64,000 nt of DNA from an uncultured Methanosarcinales archaeon (GCA_964353335.1 CAYGVI010000003.1:419694-483693), one strand, 5' to 3'; shown: positions 30,333 through 40,011, counted from the first letter of the stretch. The notes: generated by a model from the letters alone, not told the origin. Made by a program: numbers and translations.

Positions 30333-30521
30333 ATGTCCAAAAAGAAATCATGCAAGAAATGCAAGCTTTTTGTCGATGGCGATGAATGCCCTGTCTGCCA
30401 CAGCGCCCAGTTTGTTTTGAACTGGAAGGGCAGGATTCACATACTTGACGCTAACAAGAGCGATATCGCAAAGAAAATGGGAATTGATGTCAAGGGCGAA
30501 TACGCAATTAAGGTGACTTAA
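30333..30521 (+). CDS. spt4: Transcription elongation factor Spt4 (RpoE'')
   Basis: CKKC, CPVC, W.G, S.IAKKMGI..KGEYAIKV. Confidence 0.95.
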   Translation: MSKKKSCKKCKLFVDGDECPVCHSAQFVLNWKGRIHILDANKSDIAKKMGIDVKGEYAIKVT

Positions 30522-31112
30522 ATGGACATTTCAATAAGCAAGACAAATGAAAATCCGTATCTTCAAAGGAAGGAAGTGCATGGCGAAATAAGCTTTACCG
30601 GCGCGACTCCTTCACAGAAGCAGTTGGCTGACGCTTTGGCGACAAAGCTCGGTGCAAAGGCTGAGGCAATATTTATCGTGCATGTTTTCACGAACTTCGG
30701 CAGCCAGAAGGCAGGTTTCGAGGCTCACATTTACCCAAGCAAGGAACTGCTTGAGAAAGTTGTAAAGCTTGGCAAGAAGGCAAAGGAAAAGATAGCAGGC
30801 AAGGCAGCTCCAGGAGCAGCCCCTGCAGCAGCGCCAGCAGCGGCTCCGGCAGCAGCACCGGCACCAGCGCCAAAAGCAGAAGAGAAGAAAGAGGCGCCCA
30901 AGAAGGAAGAGCCTAAAGCAAAGCCGGCAGAAAAGCCAGCTGAAGCAAAGCCTGCTGAAGCTAAGAAGGAAGAGCCGAAGAAAGAAGCAAAGCCTGCTGA
31001 AGCTAAGAAGGAAGAGCCGAAGAAAGAGGAGCCAAAGAAGGAAGCAAAGCCGGCAGAAAAGCCAGCAGAAGCTAAGAAAGAAGAACCCAAAAAGGCAGAG
31101 GTAAAGGTCTAA
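30522..31112 (+). CDS. rps24e: 30S ribosomal protein S24e with long Ala/Pro/Lys/Glu tail
   Basis: ENPYLQRKE, GATPS, FG...AHIY; operon position. Confidence 0.88.
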   Translation: MDISISKTNENPYLQRKEVHGEISFTGATPSQKQLADALATKLGAKAEAIFIVHVFTNFGSQKAGFEAHIYPSKELLEKVVKLGKKAKEKIAGKAAPGAAPAAAPAAAPAAAPAPAPKAEEKKEAPKKEEPKAKPAEKPAEAKPAEAKKEEPKKEAKPAEAKKEEPKKEEPKKEAKPAEKPAEAKKEEPKKAEVKV

Positions 31113-31113
31113 A

Positions 31114-31305
31114 ATGGCAGACAAGAAAGCACCGAAAGGAATCTGGAACACGTACAAGAAGGAAGGCGACAAAGTCGTGAAAAAGAACAAGTACTGCCCG
31201 AAGTGCGGCTCTGGATTTGCTCTTGCCAGCCACAAGGACCGCCTTGTCTGCGGCGCATGCAACTACGCAGAATTCATCAAGGTTGAAAAGCAGGAAAAGA
31301 AGTAA
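31114..31305 (+). CDS. rps27ae: 30S ribosomal protein S27ae
   Basis: CPKCGSG..LA.H.DR..CG.C.Y. Confidence 0.95.
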   Translation: MADKKAPKGIWNTYKKEGDKVVKKNKYCPKCGSGFALASHKDRLVCGACNYAEFIKVEKQEKK

Positions 31306-32190
31306 TTAATTTTCTCCCTGCATTATAATAATGTCTTCTGTTGTTAATTTCTGGCCTTTTGCAAACTTTTCCTTGACTTCTGCCAATTTCTCAGAGAATT
31401 TCTTCTGCCTTTGATTGACGGTTGCGGCTTCTTTTTCCTTTCGCTCGGCAAAAAGCTTGGTATTCAGCTCTGCTGCCTGCTTCAAAAGCGCTCCAAGCTC
31501 TTCTGAGAGCTTTGCAATCTCTGATTTCCTGTGGCCAATGTCCTTTGTGAACGTGTCTCCCTGTCCGCGAAGCCCGTCAACTTTCCTGCTCTCCTCAACA
31601 AGCTGTTCGTGCTTCTGCTGGCTTAATTTTGCCTTTTGCTGAATCTGCCGGTGAATGTCATCTGCCTGCTCCTGCATTGTGTCAATGTCCTTGCTCATCT
31701 GGTGCGCAGCGTCCCAGACAGCGCTTGATGCCTTTGCCTCGTTATAGCGCTTCTTCAATTCCTTGATTTCCTTCATTATCGCCTTTTCTTTTTCAAAAGA
31801 AATCACATCTGTCTCTATTCTGTGCTCAAGCTTGTCCATCATCATCTTCAGATTGCCTGGATTTTCTTTCAGCCCGAGCTTTGCAGTGGCCTTTTTCTTC
31901 TCTGCATTGAGCTTTTTGGCTTCCTCAATCTTCTTCTTGATTATCTCATTCAGCCCTGTGCGGTTCTCCTTGAGCTTCTTGACTTCATCTGTCAAGGAAT
32001 CCCGCCCCTGCTTGAGCTGCTTTATGTCGTGTATTAAAGAAGAAATCTCCTTGCCGACAGGATTGCGCTGCTGGAAAGCCTTTTCCTTCTGGTCGTTTAA
32101 CTCGTTAAGTCTCTGCTTCAGCGCTTTGATACGTGGTTGAAGCTCATCCAGTTGTGCTTGAACAGCTTTTCTTTCCTCTAGTGTCAGCAT
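31306..32190 (-). CDS. Archaeal coiled-coil protein (COG1340-like)
   Basis: Long heptad repeats; LE.RIET...EKE; C-terminal G.KLTTED. Confidence 0.75.
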   Translation of the reverse strand: MLTLEERKAVQAQLDELQPRIKALKQRLNELNDQKEKAFQQRNPVGKEISSLIHDIKQLKQGRDSLTDEVKKLKENRTGLNEIIKKKIEEAKKLNAEKKKATAKLGLKENPGNLKMMMDKLEHRIETDVISFEKEKAIMKEIKELKKRYNEAKASSAVWDAAHQMSKDIDTMQEQADDIHRQIQQKAKLSQQKHEQLVEESRKVDGLRGQGDTFTKDIGHRKSEIAKLSEELGALLKQAAELNTKLFAERKEKEAATVNQRQKKFSEKLAEVKEKFAKGQKLTTEDIIIMQGEN

Positions 32191-32263
32191 AGAGCAGTGC
32201 CCCTAGCTCGTTGTAGGCTCGCAGCCGCTAGGCGCGTATAACTACGAGCCCTCAGCGTTCTTC

Positions 32264-32575
32264 TTATCCGAAGAGCGCGCTGAGGCCCGCAGCTGCAGCT
32301 TCTTCCTGCTTCTTGCCTTCCTCTGCGGACTTCTTTTCTTCTTTCTTATCTGCCTTTGCTTCGCCACCCGCGGGCGCAGCAGCAACAGCGACAGGTGCAA
32401 CAGCTGCTTTCTTCACTGCTTCGTCAATGTCGACGCCCTGCAATGAAGCAACCAGTGCCTTGATGCGCGCTTCGTCTGACTTGACGCCTGCTGCATCCAG
32501 CACTTTCTTGACTGTTGCCTCGTCCACCTTGCCGCCTGCCTTGTGTATTAGCATGGCCGCATAGATGTATTCCAT
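32264..32575 (-). CDS. rpl12: 50S ribosomal protein L12 (aP1)
   Basis: [16 protein letters not shown]. Confidence 0.97.
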   Translation of the reverse strand: MEYIYAAMLIHKAGGKVDEATVKKVLDAAGVKSDEARIKALVASLQGVDIDEAVKKAAVAPVAVAAAPAGGEAKADKKEEKKSAEEGKKQEEAAAAGLSALFG

Positions 32576-32617
32576 TTTTCATACCTCCTAAACATTATTG
32601 ATTGATTTTGATGTTTT

Positions 32618-32689
32618 GGAGACCCGCTGACCGCACTTGGCCTCAGCCAAGTCCGCCGACCGAAGTCGGCGACAGTCAGCGATGCCTCC
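32618..32689 (-). other. Intergenic three-way-junction RNA structure between rpl10 and rpl12
   Basis: Three perfect 7-bp stems; cUUCGg tetraloop on the mRNA strand. Confidence 0.6.
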
Positions 32690-32697
32690 GATAATTG

Positions 32698-33573
32698 TTA
32701 TTTTGGTATTTCTGATTGTAATGACATTGCCTCGCGCTCTGCCTTTGCCAAAAGGTCTCCCATAAGCTCTGGCTCTGTGACTCCGCCCTCAAGCGCAACC
32801 GCCTTTGCCTCCCTAAATGCCTTCTGGAGCAATGGCTCTGTTGTGTCCTTTGAAATATAGACAGATTCCATTGCGAGGTTGAACGCCCAGCTTGCTGCTG
32901 TTGTCAAATCACTCATGAACTTAACTTCGTCAATGTCAAGGACTGTCTTTGGATAGATTGTGCCTGCTTCGTAGACAGCGACAAGGTCAAGCCCGATTTC
33001 CATTGGCTCTATGCCAAGCCTTGCGAGCATTGACGCGAGCGCCAGCTTGATTGGCTGCCCTTCCTTGCATACCGTGCAGTCCTGCTTGACAGCAACCTTT
33101 CCGCCTTCCACTCCTGCCTTGATTCCAAGCTGTGCGAGCTCGCTGAGAACAGGTCCTGGCGCAAATGCCGTCGGTCCTGCAGGAACAATAAGGTCAAATG
33201 GGGCAAGCTGTCCTGCCTTTGCAGGTGCCTTGCTCTTGTTCTTCTTGATTGTCTTGTAAACCGCGAATGGGTTGTCTTTTGTGAAAATCAGCGCAGGCAT
33301 GTCTGGCAGTATTTTTTCAAGGTTTTCAACGCCCTTGTGCGTTGCCTTTAATTTTTCAAGCGCGAGCAGGATAAGGCTCTTCTTGCACATCATCATCTCG
33401 ACATTCTGCCTTAACTGCCCCCTCATTCGTGCCAGCTGTGCTGCAGGCAATGAGTGCATGTTAAGTATGCCTATGATTGGGAATTTCTTTGCCAGGTCCT
33501 GTATCTTCTTGATTACTGCCTTTTTCTCAGGCGCTGCATTGGAGGTTTTCTTTCCACGGTCCTTGCGGCTCAT
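32698..33573 (-). CDS. rpl10: 50S ribosomal protein L10 (P0)
   Basis: ALIFT..NPF, APAKAG..AP, PAGPT.F.PGP, L.RLGIEP. Confidence 0.96.
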   Translation of the reverse strand: MSRKDRGKKTSNAAPEKKAVIKKIQDLAKKFPIIGILNMHSLPAAQLARMRGQLRQNVEMMMCKKSLILLALEKLKATHKGVENLEKILPDMPALIFTKDNPFAVYKTIKKNKSKAPAKAGQLAPFDLIVPAGPTAFAPGPVLSELAQLGIKAGVEGGKVAVKQDCTVCKEGQPIKLALASMLARLGIEPMEIGLDLVAVYEAGTIYPKTVLDIDEVKFMSDLTTAASWAFNLAMESVYISKDTTEPLLQKAFREAKAVALEGGVTEPELMGDLLAKAEREAMSLQSEIPK

Positions 33574-34391
33574 GGTTTCGCCTCTGCCTTCTTTGTTTTT
33601 GGAGCTTTCTTTGGTTTTTCTTCGGCAGGCTTTTCCTTGGGAGCTTCCTTTGCCGGCTCTTCCTTCTTTTCAGGAGCTTCTTTATTTGCAACTGCGTGCG
33701 CAGCCTTTTTCTTTCCTGCCCTTTCCTCTGCTGTGGCTCCAACCTTGAAAGGCGGACCCATTGAAAGCTTGAGTATTATTGACTTGATGTTGTTGATTTC
33801 CTGTGGTAGTGCGTGCAGGACTGCATTGTAAACCAGCAGTATGTTCTCAATCAGCTTTTCATCAGGCATATCTTCCTTTCCGATTGAGCACTTTGCAGAC
33901 AATTGCGTCTTTGCGACAACGTGGAGAGTCCTCTTGAGCTTCTCTGTCAATGCCTTGAGGTTTGCGTTTGGCGGTACGACACATCCTGCCTTGGGGTTTG
34001 GCATCTTTCCCCGCGGGCCGAGAACGCGACCAAAGAATTTTGCAACGTCTGGCATGATGTTTGCCTGGGCGATGAACATGTCATTTGTCTTTGCGAGCTT
34101 CCTGATTTCTTTTTTCTTGCCTTCATACTTCTTGAACTCGTCGTGCATGATGACAAGGTCGCAGTTTGCCTTTGCCTGCTCCTGCATTTCAGGGCCGACA
34201 AGGGCGGCAATCTTGATAACATTGCCCTTAGGGTTTACCAAAGGAACCCAGACATCAACCTGTTCCTCTGGCTTCTTCAGGTCAAGCTCTTTGAGATTGA
34301 TAATAAGGTCAACGCTCTGCGCAAACTTTCTCTTAGGAGAACTAGCTTTCACTTGCTGCAATGTTTGGATGAATTCTTCTTTGCTAACCAT
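33570..34391 (-). CDS. rpl1: 50S ribosomal protein L1
   Basis: RKF.QSVDL.INLK, LGPRGKMP.P, K.SMGP. Confidence 0.96.
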   Translation of the reverse strand: MVSKEEFIQTLQQVKASSPKRKFAQSVDLIINLKELDLKKPEEQVDVWVPLVNPKGNVIKIAALVGPEMQEQAKANCDLVIMHDEFKKYEGKKKEIRKLAKTNDMFIAQANIMPDVAKFFGRVLGPRGKMPNPKAGCVVPPNANLKALTEKLKRTLHVVAKTQLSAKCSIGKEDMPDEKLIENILLVYNAVLHALPQEINNIKSIILKLSMGPPFKVGATAEERAGKKKAAHAVANKEAPEKKEEPAKEAPKEKPAEEKPKKAPKTKKAEAKP

Positions 34392-34526
34392 TATTCGACC
34401 CTCCTACTCAATTAAGAGTAGTTGACGGGAAGTAACTCTGGCTCACAGGGGGGTATTTATAAAACTTTCTGATACTGTCTGCATTGACAAAGCATTTTAA
34501 TAGTTGAATTGTTCTCAAATGCGGAT

Positions 34527-35138
34527 ATGGCACAGATGCACCACAAAGACCTGCTTCGCCAGCTCGGTTTGATTGAGGATGCTGTTAAGCGGACACAAAC
34601 AGCAACTATGGGTTTGAAAGGAGCATTTGCTGCAGGGGTTGGCGAGGGATATGTTACAGGGCAGCGCGAACGCCTGAAAAGAGAATGCACTTTGCTGATT
34701 GGACTGATGAATCAGTTTGTTGATTCTCTGAATAATGTTCTTACGGAGTGCGATGTAATGCTCAAGTGGTTTATGAGCCTGCCAAAATCAGACCAAAGAA
34801 AAAGCCTGACCGGATACGGCTCCCCGCAGATTTCAGCGTCGCTGGACAGCGCCAAATCATCTGCAAACAAATTAATCCCCAAAGTCAAGACTTACCTCCA
34901 GGCATTCTTGCGATGCACGGCAAAACCATACCCTGATGCTTCAGAAGTTGAAGAATTAATAAACGCCTTGTTTAGGGATGTTGCAATTGTTTCTTTGACC
35001 AAAGGTGTGGTTGAAGATATGGACCAGGCAATGGAACTGCAAAGGGCTCTTGCCCCTGAACCCAGGGGCGCAAAGGAACGCGGGTCCTTTTTTGGCCGTC
35101 TTTTCGGCTTCAAGCCCAAGCCTGCTTATGCCAGATAA
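34527..35138 (+). CDS. Hypothetical helical protein with C-terminal amphipathic motif
   Basis: ORF fills gap; ends GSFFGRLFGFKPK. Confidence 0.55.
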   Translation: MAQMHHKDLLRQLGLIEDAVKRTQTATMGLKGAFAAGVGEGYVTGQRERLKRECTLLIGLMNQFVDSLNNVLTECDVMLKWFMSLPKSDQRKSLTGYGSPQISASLDSAKSSANKLIPKVKTYLQAFLRCTAKPYPDASEVEELINALFRDVAIVSLTKGVVEDMDQAMELQRALAPEPRGAKERGSFFGRLFGFKPKPAYAR

Positions 35139-35140
35139 AT

Positions 35141-35824
35141 TCACGCTTTCTGATACATTCCGACCTTGCCGAACTTGCCGATGTATTTCATCCCTTCAGC
35201 ACAGTCAAGATTGTCTCCTGGATTAAGCAGAAGCACGCTCTTTGGGGCAGTTCTTGGAAGTGCGCAATCCTGCAGGACCTTCTGCCAGTCATCCAACCCT
35301 GTCCTTTTGGGGTCATCAAGATATACTATGTGGTATTTTTTGTCGGTCGCTGTTGAGGGGTCGCGTTCTTTATTGGCAAAGTTTCCTATCGCACTGGGAA
35401 AGTTGTGTGGGAAGTTATATCTCATCAATTCAAGGCAGGGTATTGTCCGCAAATATTCCATCAGCTGTCCGTGATTGTGCTCTTTCTCAAAGTGGTTGTA
35501 ATCCAGTCTGCCTTCCCTGACAACTTTTTGCGGTGAATTGACAAGCAAATTGAGGATTATATTGTTGACTGCATCCTCCAGCTCAGAACGTGCGCAAATG
35601 TGCCTTTTTAGAAGGGGCATAATTCCTTCATACTGGGAAAAGTCCAGCTTTACAATATCAGGAAATCCTTCGAATTTAACAATGTCAATCTTGCCTGGAA
35701 CCGCGGCAAGGCGGCGTGAAGAAGTGCTTGGCAATACCTGCTTTGCTGGCTTGTATGGCCTTGGCGGCTGAGGTGCACCTGCTGCAGGCGGTCTTATGAT
35801 GTGTTTTCTCGGGTCAAATGGCAT
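35141..35824 (-). CDS. Hypothetical protein
   Basis: 227-aa ATG ORF with Pro-rich N-terminus. Confidence 0.6.
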   Translation of the reverse strand: MPFDPRKHIIRPPAAGAPQPPRPYKPAKQVLPSTSSRRLAAVPGKIDIVKFEGFPDIVKLDFSQYEGIMPLLKRHICARSELEDAVNNIILNLLVNSPQKVVREGRLDYNHFEKEHNHGQLMEYLRTIPCLELMRYNFPHNFPSAIGNFANKERDPSTATDKKYHIVYLDDPKRTGLDDWQKVLQDCALPRTAPKSVLLLNPGDNLDCAEGMKYIGKFGKVGMYQKA

Positions 35825-35927
35825 TTTGCATCACTGCCTTCTTTTTCTCTGTATAGAAAGTAACCTTGATGGTCATTATAAAGATTTGCAGCGCTATCTG
35901 CAAATGCGTAGATAAGAATCCTGAAAA

Positions 35928-36368
35928 TTAGTTGTCGTACTGGCCGCCCTGCTGATATTCTTTTGGCAGGTTTGATGCGTCCTGATAGTTAGGGAAGCTG
36001 GTGGTGACGCCTGAGACGTCCTTTACTCCTGTGCTTTGAGTCATCAGCGCGCGTGTCCTTGCAAGAAGCGCATCCTTTCCGGTTACGCCTGTAGGTGCCG
36101 GAGGCATTCCTGTTGTCGCGACCTTGGGGCCTGTTGAAATAGTAACATTCTTCATCTGCTGCTGAAGCTCCTTAAGGGCATCTGCTGCTGACACGCCTGA
36201 ATCCTGAGCTGGAGTCGGTGTTGGCTGAGGCGCAGGTGCTGCTGCTTCGTTGACTGCTGCTGCTGTCGGTGTCCTTGCGCTCAATGGCTTTGCCTTCATC
36301 TGGTTTCCGCCACATGCTGCCAAAAGAACAAGCATCGCAATCACTGCCAAAACAATCACTTTCCTCAT
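35928..36368 (-). CDS. Putative lipoprotein, low complexity
   Basis: MRK + hydrophobic stretch + LAAC lipobox. Confidence 0.65.
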   Translation of the reverse strand: MRKVIVLAVIAMLVLLAACGGNQMKAKPLSARTPTAAAVNEAAAPAPQPTPTPAQDSGVSAADALKELQQQMKNVTISTGPKVATTGMPPAPTGVTGKDALLARTRALMTQSTGVKDVSGVTTSFPNYQDASNLPKEYQQGGQYDN

Positions 36369-36473
36369 AACTCTTGCGAAGTAGAAACAAGTATTTATAG
36401 CTTTCGCATCAGGAGGGCAAACTTTATATACACAGTTTGGCAAGCTATCTAAAAAACATAAGAGAGGTGTATT

Positions 36474-36815
36474 ATGGACAAAAGAGGTTCGATTGAGCTT
36501 ATAATTCTGGGCTTGGTCGCGGTGATTGCACTTGTCGGACTTGTCATGCTTTTCTCAGGCAAGATTACTGGAGAGGCAACAGGGCCAATGACACGGGACA
36601 CATTCCCAACATCAGAGCCATTCCGCATTGTACAGCCAGGCGGATATGCCTGCGGATGCGACGGAGTATGCGCATACAGCAGCAAGATTGTCAGGGCTTC
36701 GCCAACAGTCACATCAGCGATTGCAGATGGAGAATCCACCTGCAGGACCATGCTTGAATCAATCTGCGGCGGACAGCCGATACTAAGATTCAACTTCGGC
36801 TGCGGAACAAGGTAA
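36474..36815 (+). CDS. Pilin-like exported Cys-containing protein
   Basis: MDKRG-SIELIILGLVAVIALVGLVMLFSGKITG; GAGGTG RBS. Confidence 0.7.
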   Translation: MDKRGSIELIILGLVAVIALVGLVMLFSGKITGEATGPMTRDTFPTSEPFRIVQPGGYACGCDGVCAYSSKIVRASPTVTSAIADGESTCRTMLESICGGQPILRFNFGCGTR

Positions 36816-36849
36816 ATTTTTACTTCTTTTTCTTTATGTTTTAGAATTC

Positions 36850-37563
36850 TTACTTCCCAAACCTTCTTTCCCTTTGCGAGAATTCCTGAATCACTTTTAC
36901 CAGGTCTTCCTTTTCCATTTCAGGCCAGGTTTTGTCTACGAAGAACCACTCGCTGTAATGGCTCTGCCAGATTAGGAAGTTGCTTGTCCTGTGCTCTCCG
37001 CCTGTCCTGATTATCAGGTCAGGCTCTGAGTTAAGATACAAATACTTGCCAAACACCTCTTCATTCAGCTTTTCAATGTCAACTTTTCCTGCCTTTATGT
37101 CCTCTCCAAGCTTTTTCGCGGCGTCAATAACTTCCTCACGGCCGCCATATGCCATCGCGAAGTTGGCCACGAACGGCTTGTTTTCCTTGGTCAGTCCCAT
37201 TAACGTTCTCATTCCCTTCTGGATATTCTCTGGGAACATCCCAATCCTGCCGATAAAATTGATCCTGACCCCGTTTTTCCTCAATTCCTCAACTTGCTCA
37301 GGTGTGGAAAGCGCGGTAAATTCCTTGTCAAAGGTGTCCATCAGGAAATCAAACTCCTGTTTTGGCCTGTTGAAGTTCTGCATTGAAAAGCAGTATGCGG
37401 TTACCTCCTGCACTCCGAGCTCCCGGCTCCAGTCAAGGAACTGCCTGATTTTTTTAGCGCCCCAATCATGCCCCATCCACGGCTTCATCACCAGTTTTTT
37501 CGCAAACCTTCTGTTTCCGTCAAGGATAACTCCGATGTGCCTTGGAACTTTTTCCGGAATCAT
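36850..37563 (-). CDS. uppS: Undecaprenyl/polyprenyl diphosphate synthase
   Basis: HIGVILDGNRR, YGGREE, DLIIRTGGE.R.SNFL.WQ, RRFG. Confidence 0.95.
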   Translation of the reverse strand: MIPEKVPRHIGVILDGNRRFAKKLVMKPWMGHDWGAKKIRQFLDWSRELGVQEVTAYCFSMQNFNRPKQEFDFLMDTFDKEFTALSTPEQVEELRKNGVRINFIGRIGMFPENIQKGMRTLMGLTKENKPFVANFAMAYGGREEVIDAAKKLGEDIKAGKVDIEKLNEEVFGKYLYLNSEPDLIIRTGGEHRTSNFLIWQSHYSEWFFVDKTWPEMEKEDLVKVIQEFSQRERRFGK

Positions 37564-38084
37564 GGTGCCTCTGGATTAATATTTTGTTTATAAGTATTGT
37601 GAATTTTTTCAAAAAGCTGGACGAAAACCTCGTGAGGGACACTAAGCCCTGCCTCAAGGAGCACATTTGCGAGCTCTTTTCCAACAACTTCTTCTGTGTT
37701 TTCTGATGGTATGAATCCAACTGCCTGTTGCAGGGTATGCTGGCAGAGGAATCCTTCGTGCATTGAAATAACAGCAGGGTTTGTCCTGTTGATTACTTTC
37801 AGCTCAGCAAGGTCTGCAAGCACCGTTCCTTGCATCAGCATACTTTGCGAGCCTTCCTGAAAGCCATACTGCAAAAGAGTCCATTTTGCAATAGCCCTTA
37901 CTGCATCAGAGTAAGAAGTTTCTTTCAGTTCAGGCGCAGGAAGCTCTGCTGATTTGACTGGCTTGATAATCTTTCCAAGATATGCCTTGACTTTCTGCCT
38001 CGAGCCCTTGGCTGTCCATGTATTCTCAACAAGATAGCCGTATTCGCTTCCTTTGATTTTCTTGATTCGTACAAACCCGCCCAT
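37560..38084 (-). CDS. Hypothetical protein
   Basis: Basic beta-rich N-terminus (FVRIKKIKG.EY.YLVEN.W...RQKV..YLG). Confidence 0.6.
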   Translation of the reverse strand: MGGFVRIKKIKGSEYGYLVENTWTAKGSRQKVKAYLGKIIKPVKSAELPAPELKETSYSDAVRAIAKWTLLQYGFQEGSQSMLMQGTVLADLAELKVINRTNPAVISMHEGFLCQHTLQQAVGFIPSENTEEVVGKELANVLLEAGLSVPHEVFVQLFEKIHNTYKQNINPEAP

Positions 38085-38137
38085 CGTAAAACAAAGAAGT
38101 CCTTAGGCACTATATAAAGTTTTAGGATGAGAAAAAC

Positions 38138-38437
38138 TTATTTTTTTGATATGTCTTTTATTTTCTGTTCAATCGTTGAGTCGCTTATCTGTTTGAAGCT
38201 GCCGTCCTTTTGGCCAAGAAATGTCATGTATTTTCCGTTTTTCTGCATTACAACATCAGGAATCCAGTCTTCATTAATGTCAAGAATGTGTGTTTTGTCT
38301 GGTTTTTGCGCAATTATCAGTTCTGCAAGCTCTTTTTTTGCCTGCTCTGAACGCTGGAAAGTCAAATATGTCCCTGCATAAGCGCCTATCAGTCCTGCCA
38401 CGCCGCAGGTTACCAGTGTTTTTGTCCAGTATAACAT
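38138..38437 (-). CDS. Small membrane-anchored protein
   Basis: N-terminal TM; DINED..PDV...GQ.DG.F (FG-GAP-like) segment. Confidence 0.5.
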   Translation of the reverse strand: MLYWTKTLVTCGVAGLIGAYAGTYLTFQRSEQAKKELAELIIAQKPDKTHILDINEDWIPDVVMQKNGKYMTFLGQKDGSFKQISDSTIEQKIKDISKK

Positions 38438-38488
38438 AAGGAGTGCTATCTTTTGTCAGCTTATAATTCTTAGATGTAGTGGCAAGGA

Positions 38489-38761
38489 CTACTTCAGAGC
38501 CTTTGCTTCGTCCTTGAACTTCTCAACTGACTTGGCTATTCGCTTTATTGCTGCAGAAACAGTCTTCTTTGGGTCTGCGCCGTCTGTCTCAACAATAAAT
38601 GTCGGGATGTTAATCAGCGGGTGCTCAACATTGAATCCTGCTGCCTTGACGTGCTCGTCATTCCAAAGCTCTTTCTTGAGCATATTTGCCATTGTGGAGC
38701 CGTCTCCCTCTATGTTGAAAACAAGCCTGCTCTTCTTTTCCTCAAGAATCTTGACTTCCAT
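38489..38761 (-). CDS. rpoL: RNA polymerase subunit L (Rpo11)
   Basis: MEVKILEE, T.ANMLK.EL, V..AG...EHPL. Confidence 0.92.
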   Translation of the reverse strand: MEVKILEEKKSRLVFNIEGDGSTMANMLKKELWNDEHVKAAGFNVEHPLINIPTFIVETDGADPKKTVSAAIKRIAKSVEKFKDEAKALK

Positions 38762-38800
38762 AATAAGGAGGGATAGTGGACTGTTTAAAAAGCTTGCGTA

Positions 38801-38835
38801 GCAAGCCTCGTCAGCTCTGCTGACCGCTAGCTTGC
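38801..38835. repeat. Short hairpin repeat B, copy 1
   Basis: GCAAGC-ctc-GTCAGC-tct-GCTGAC-cgcta-GCTTGC; near-identical at 54722. Confidence 0.75.
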
Positions 38836-38879
38836 GTGTGGAAAAGATTATATACGGATTTGGCATTCGAGTTAATACG

Positions 38880-39218
38880 ATGAACAAGAAAGCATCTGTT
38901 GAGCTGGTTATTCTCGGCATAGTCGCGGTTATTGCGCTGGCAGGGCTTATTTTGCTGTTCTCAGGAATGACAGGCAAGGCAGCAGAGCCGTTTTGCATTG
39001 ACACTGATAACGGGCTGAATTTCACTGTAAAGGGCACTGTTTATTCCCTTGACCGCCCTTATGTTGACACGTGCGTGAATGCCCACGGCTCAGAGGCTCC
39101 AAGCGGTGATGGCTTGTGGGAATTTATCTGCAAGGATAACAAGATGAAGAAGATATATTACAGGTGCCCCCGTTTCTGCGTAGACGCAATATGCAGGCCC
39201 AGCAAGTTCTTGCAGTAA
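38880..39218 (+). CDS. Pilin-like Cys-rich exported paralogue 1
   Basis: MNKKA-SVELVILG...; C.DTDNG...D.C...L.EF.C...Y.CP..C....C. Confidence 0.8.
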   Translation: MNKKASVELVILGIVAVIALAGLILLFSGMTGKAAEPFCIDTDNGLNFTVKGTVYSLDRPYVDTCVNAHGSEAPSGDGLWEFICKDNKMKKIYYRCPRFCVDAICRPSKFLQ

Positions 39219-39244
39219 TGTTTTAAGTAAAAGAGGAACGTCCC

Positions 39245-39580
39245 ATGAACAAGAAAGGCTCAATAGCATTGGTTATTCTCGGGATTATTGCGGTTATTGC
39301 GCTGGTCGGAATGATTTTGCTGTTTACCGGCAAGATAACAGGCAATGCTGCGATCCCGCCGTGCACTGATTCAGACGGAGGCTTAAACTATCCTGTTAGG
39401 GGGATTGTTACTGTTGTCGGCGACTATGGCGTTCCTGTCAAATTCATAGACCAGTGCGAACGTGCAATGTCTGGCGTTGCGAAAGTTTACGGCCTTTCAG
39501 AGAACTATTGCGCTGGCAGCAAAAGGAATTTCGCATATTACACCTGCCCGCGCGGCTGTCTCAATGGCGCCTGCATTTAG
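39245..39580 (+). CDS. Pilin-like Cys-rich exported paralogue 2
   Basis: MNKKG-SIALVILG...; CTDSDGG...YTCPRGCLNGACI. Confidence 0.8.
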   Translation: MNKKGSIALVILGIIAVIALVGMILLFTGKITGNAAIPPCTDSDGGLNYPVRGIVTVVGDYGVPVKFIDQCERAMSGVAKVYGLSENYCAGSKRNFAYYTCPRGCLNGACI

Positions 39581-39648
39581 GAGATTTGAGGAAACGTTTT
39601 AATACGCATACATGATAACTCCTACAAATAAGTAAAAGAGGTATTTTC

Positions 39649-40011
39649 ATGAACAAGAAAGGCTCAGTTGCATTGATTATTCTTGGAATTGTGGCAGTTA
39701 TTGCTCTTGTCGGGCTCATATTGGTTTTCACAGGCAAAGGGTCTGTAACAGGAAATGCGCTGGCAACAAGCTGTACTGATTCAGACAACGGTAAAAACTA
39801 CAAGTCAAGGGGCTCAGTGGGTCTGGGAATATCTTCATTTGAGGATACTTGCCTGCGCTTTCCCAGTGTTTCATATGACGGGCCTGGAAATTTTGTTAAA
39901 GAAGGGCTTTACCTTGCAGAAGGATATTGCGAGAATGGCAATATTCTGCGATTTGATGTTTACACCTGCCCGCGCGGCTGTGTTAACGGCGCCTGCATTC
40001 AGGATTTTTAA
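39649..40011 (+). CDS. Pilin-like Cys-rich exported paralogue 3
   Basis: MNKKG-SVALIILG...; CTDSDNG...YTCPRGCVNGACI. Confidence 0.8.
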   Translation: MNKKGSVALIILGIVAVIALVGLILVFTGKGSVTGNALATSCTDSDNGKNYKSRGSVGLGISSFEDTCLRFPSVSYDGPGNFVKEGLYLAEGYCENGNILRFDVYTCPRGCVNGACIQDF

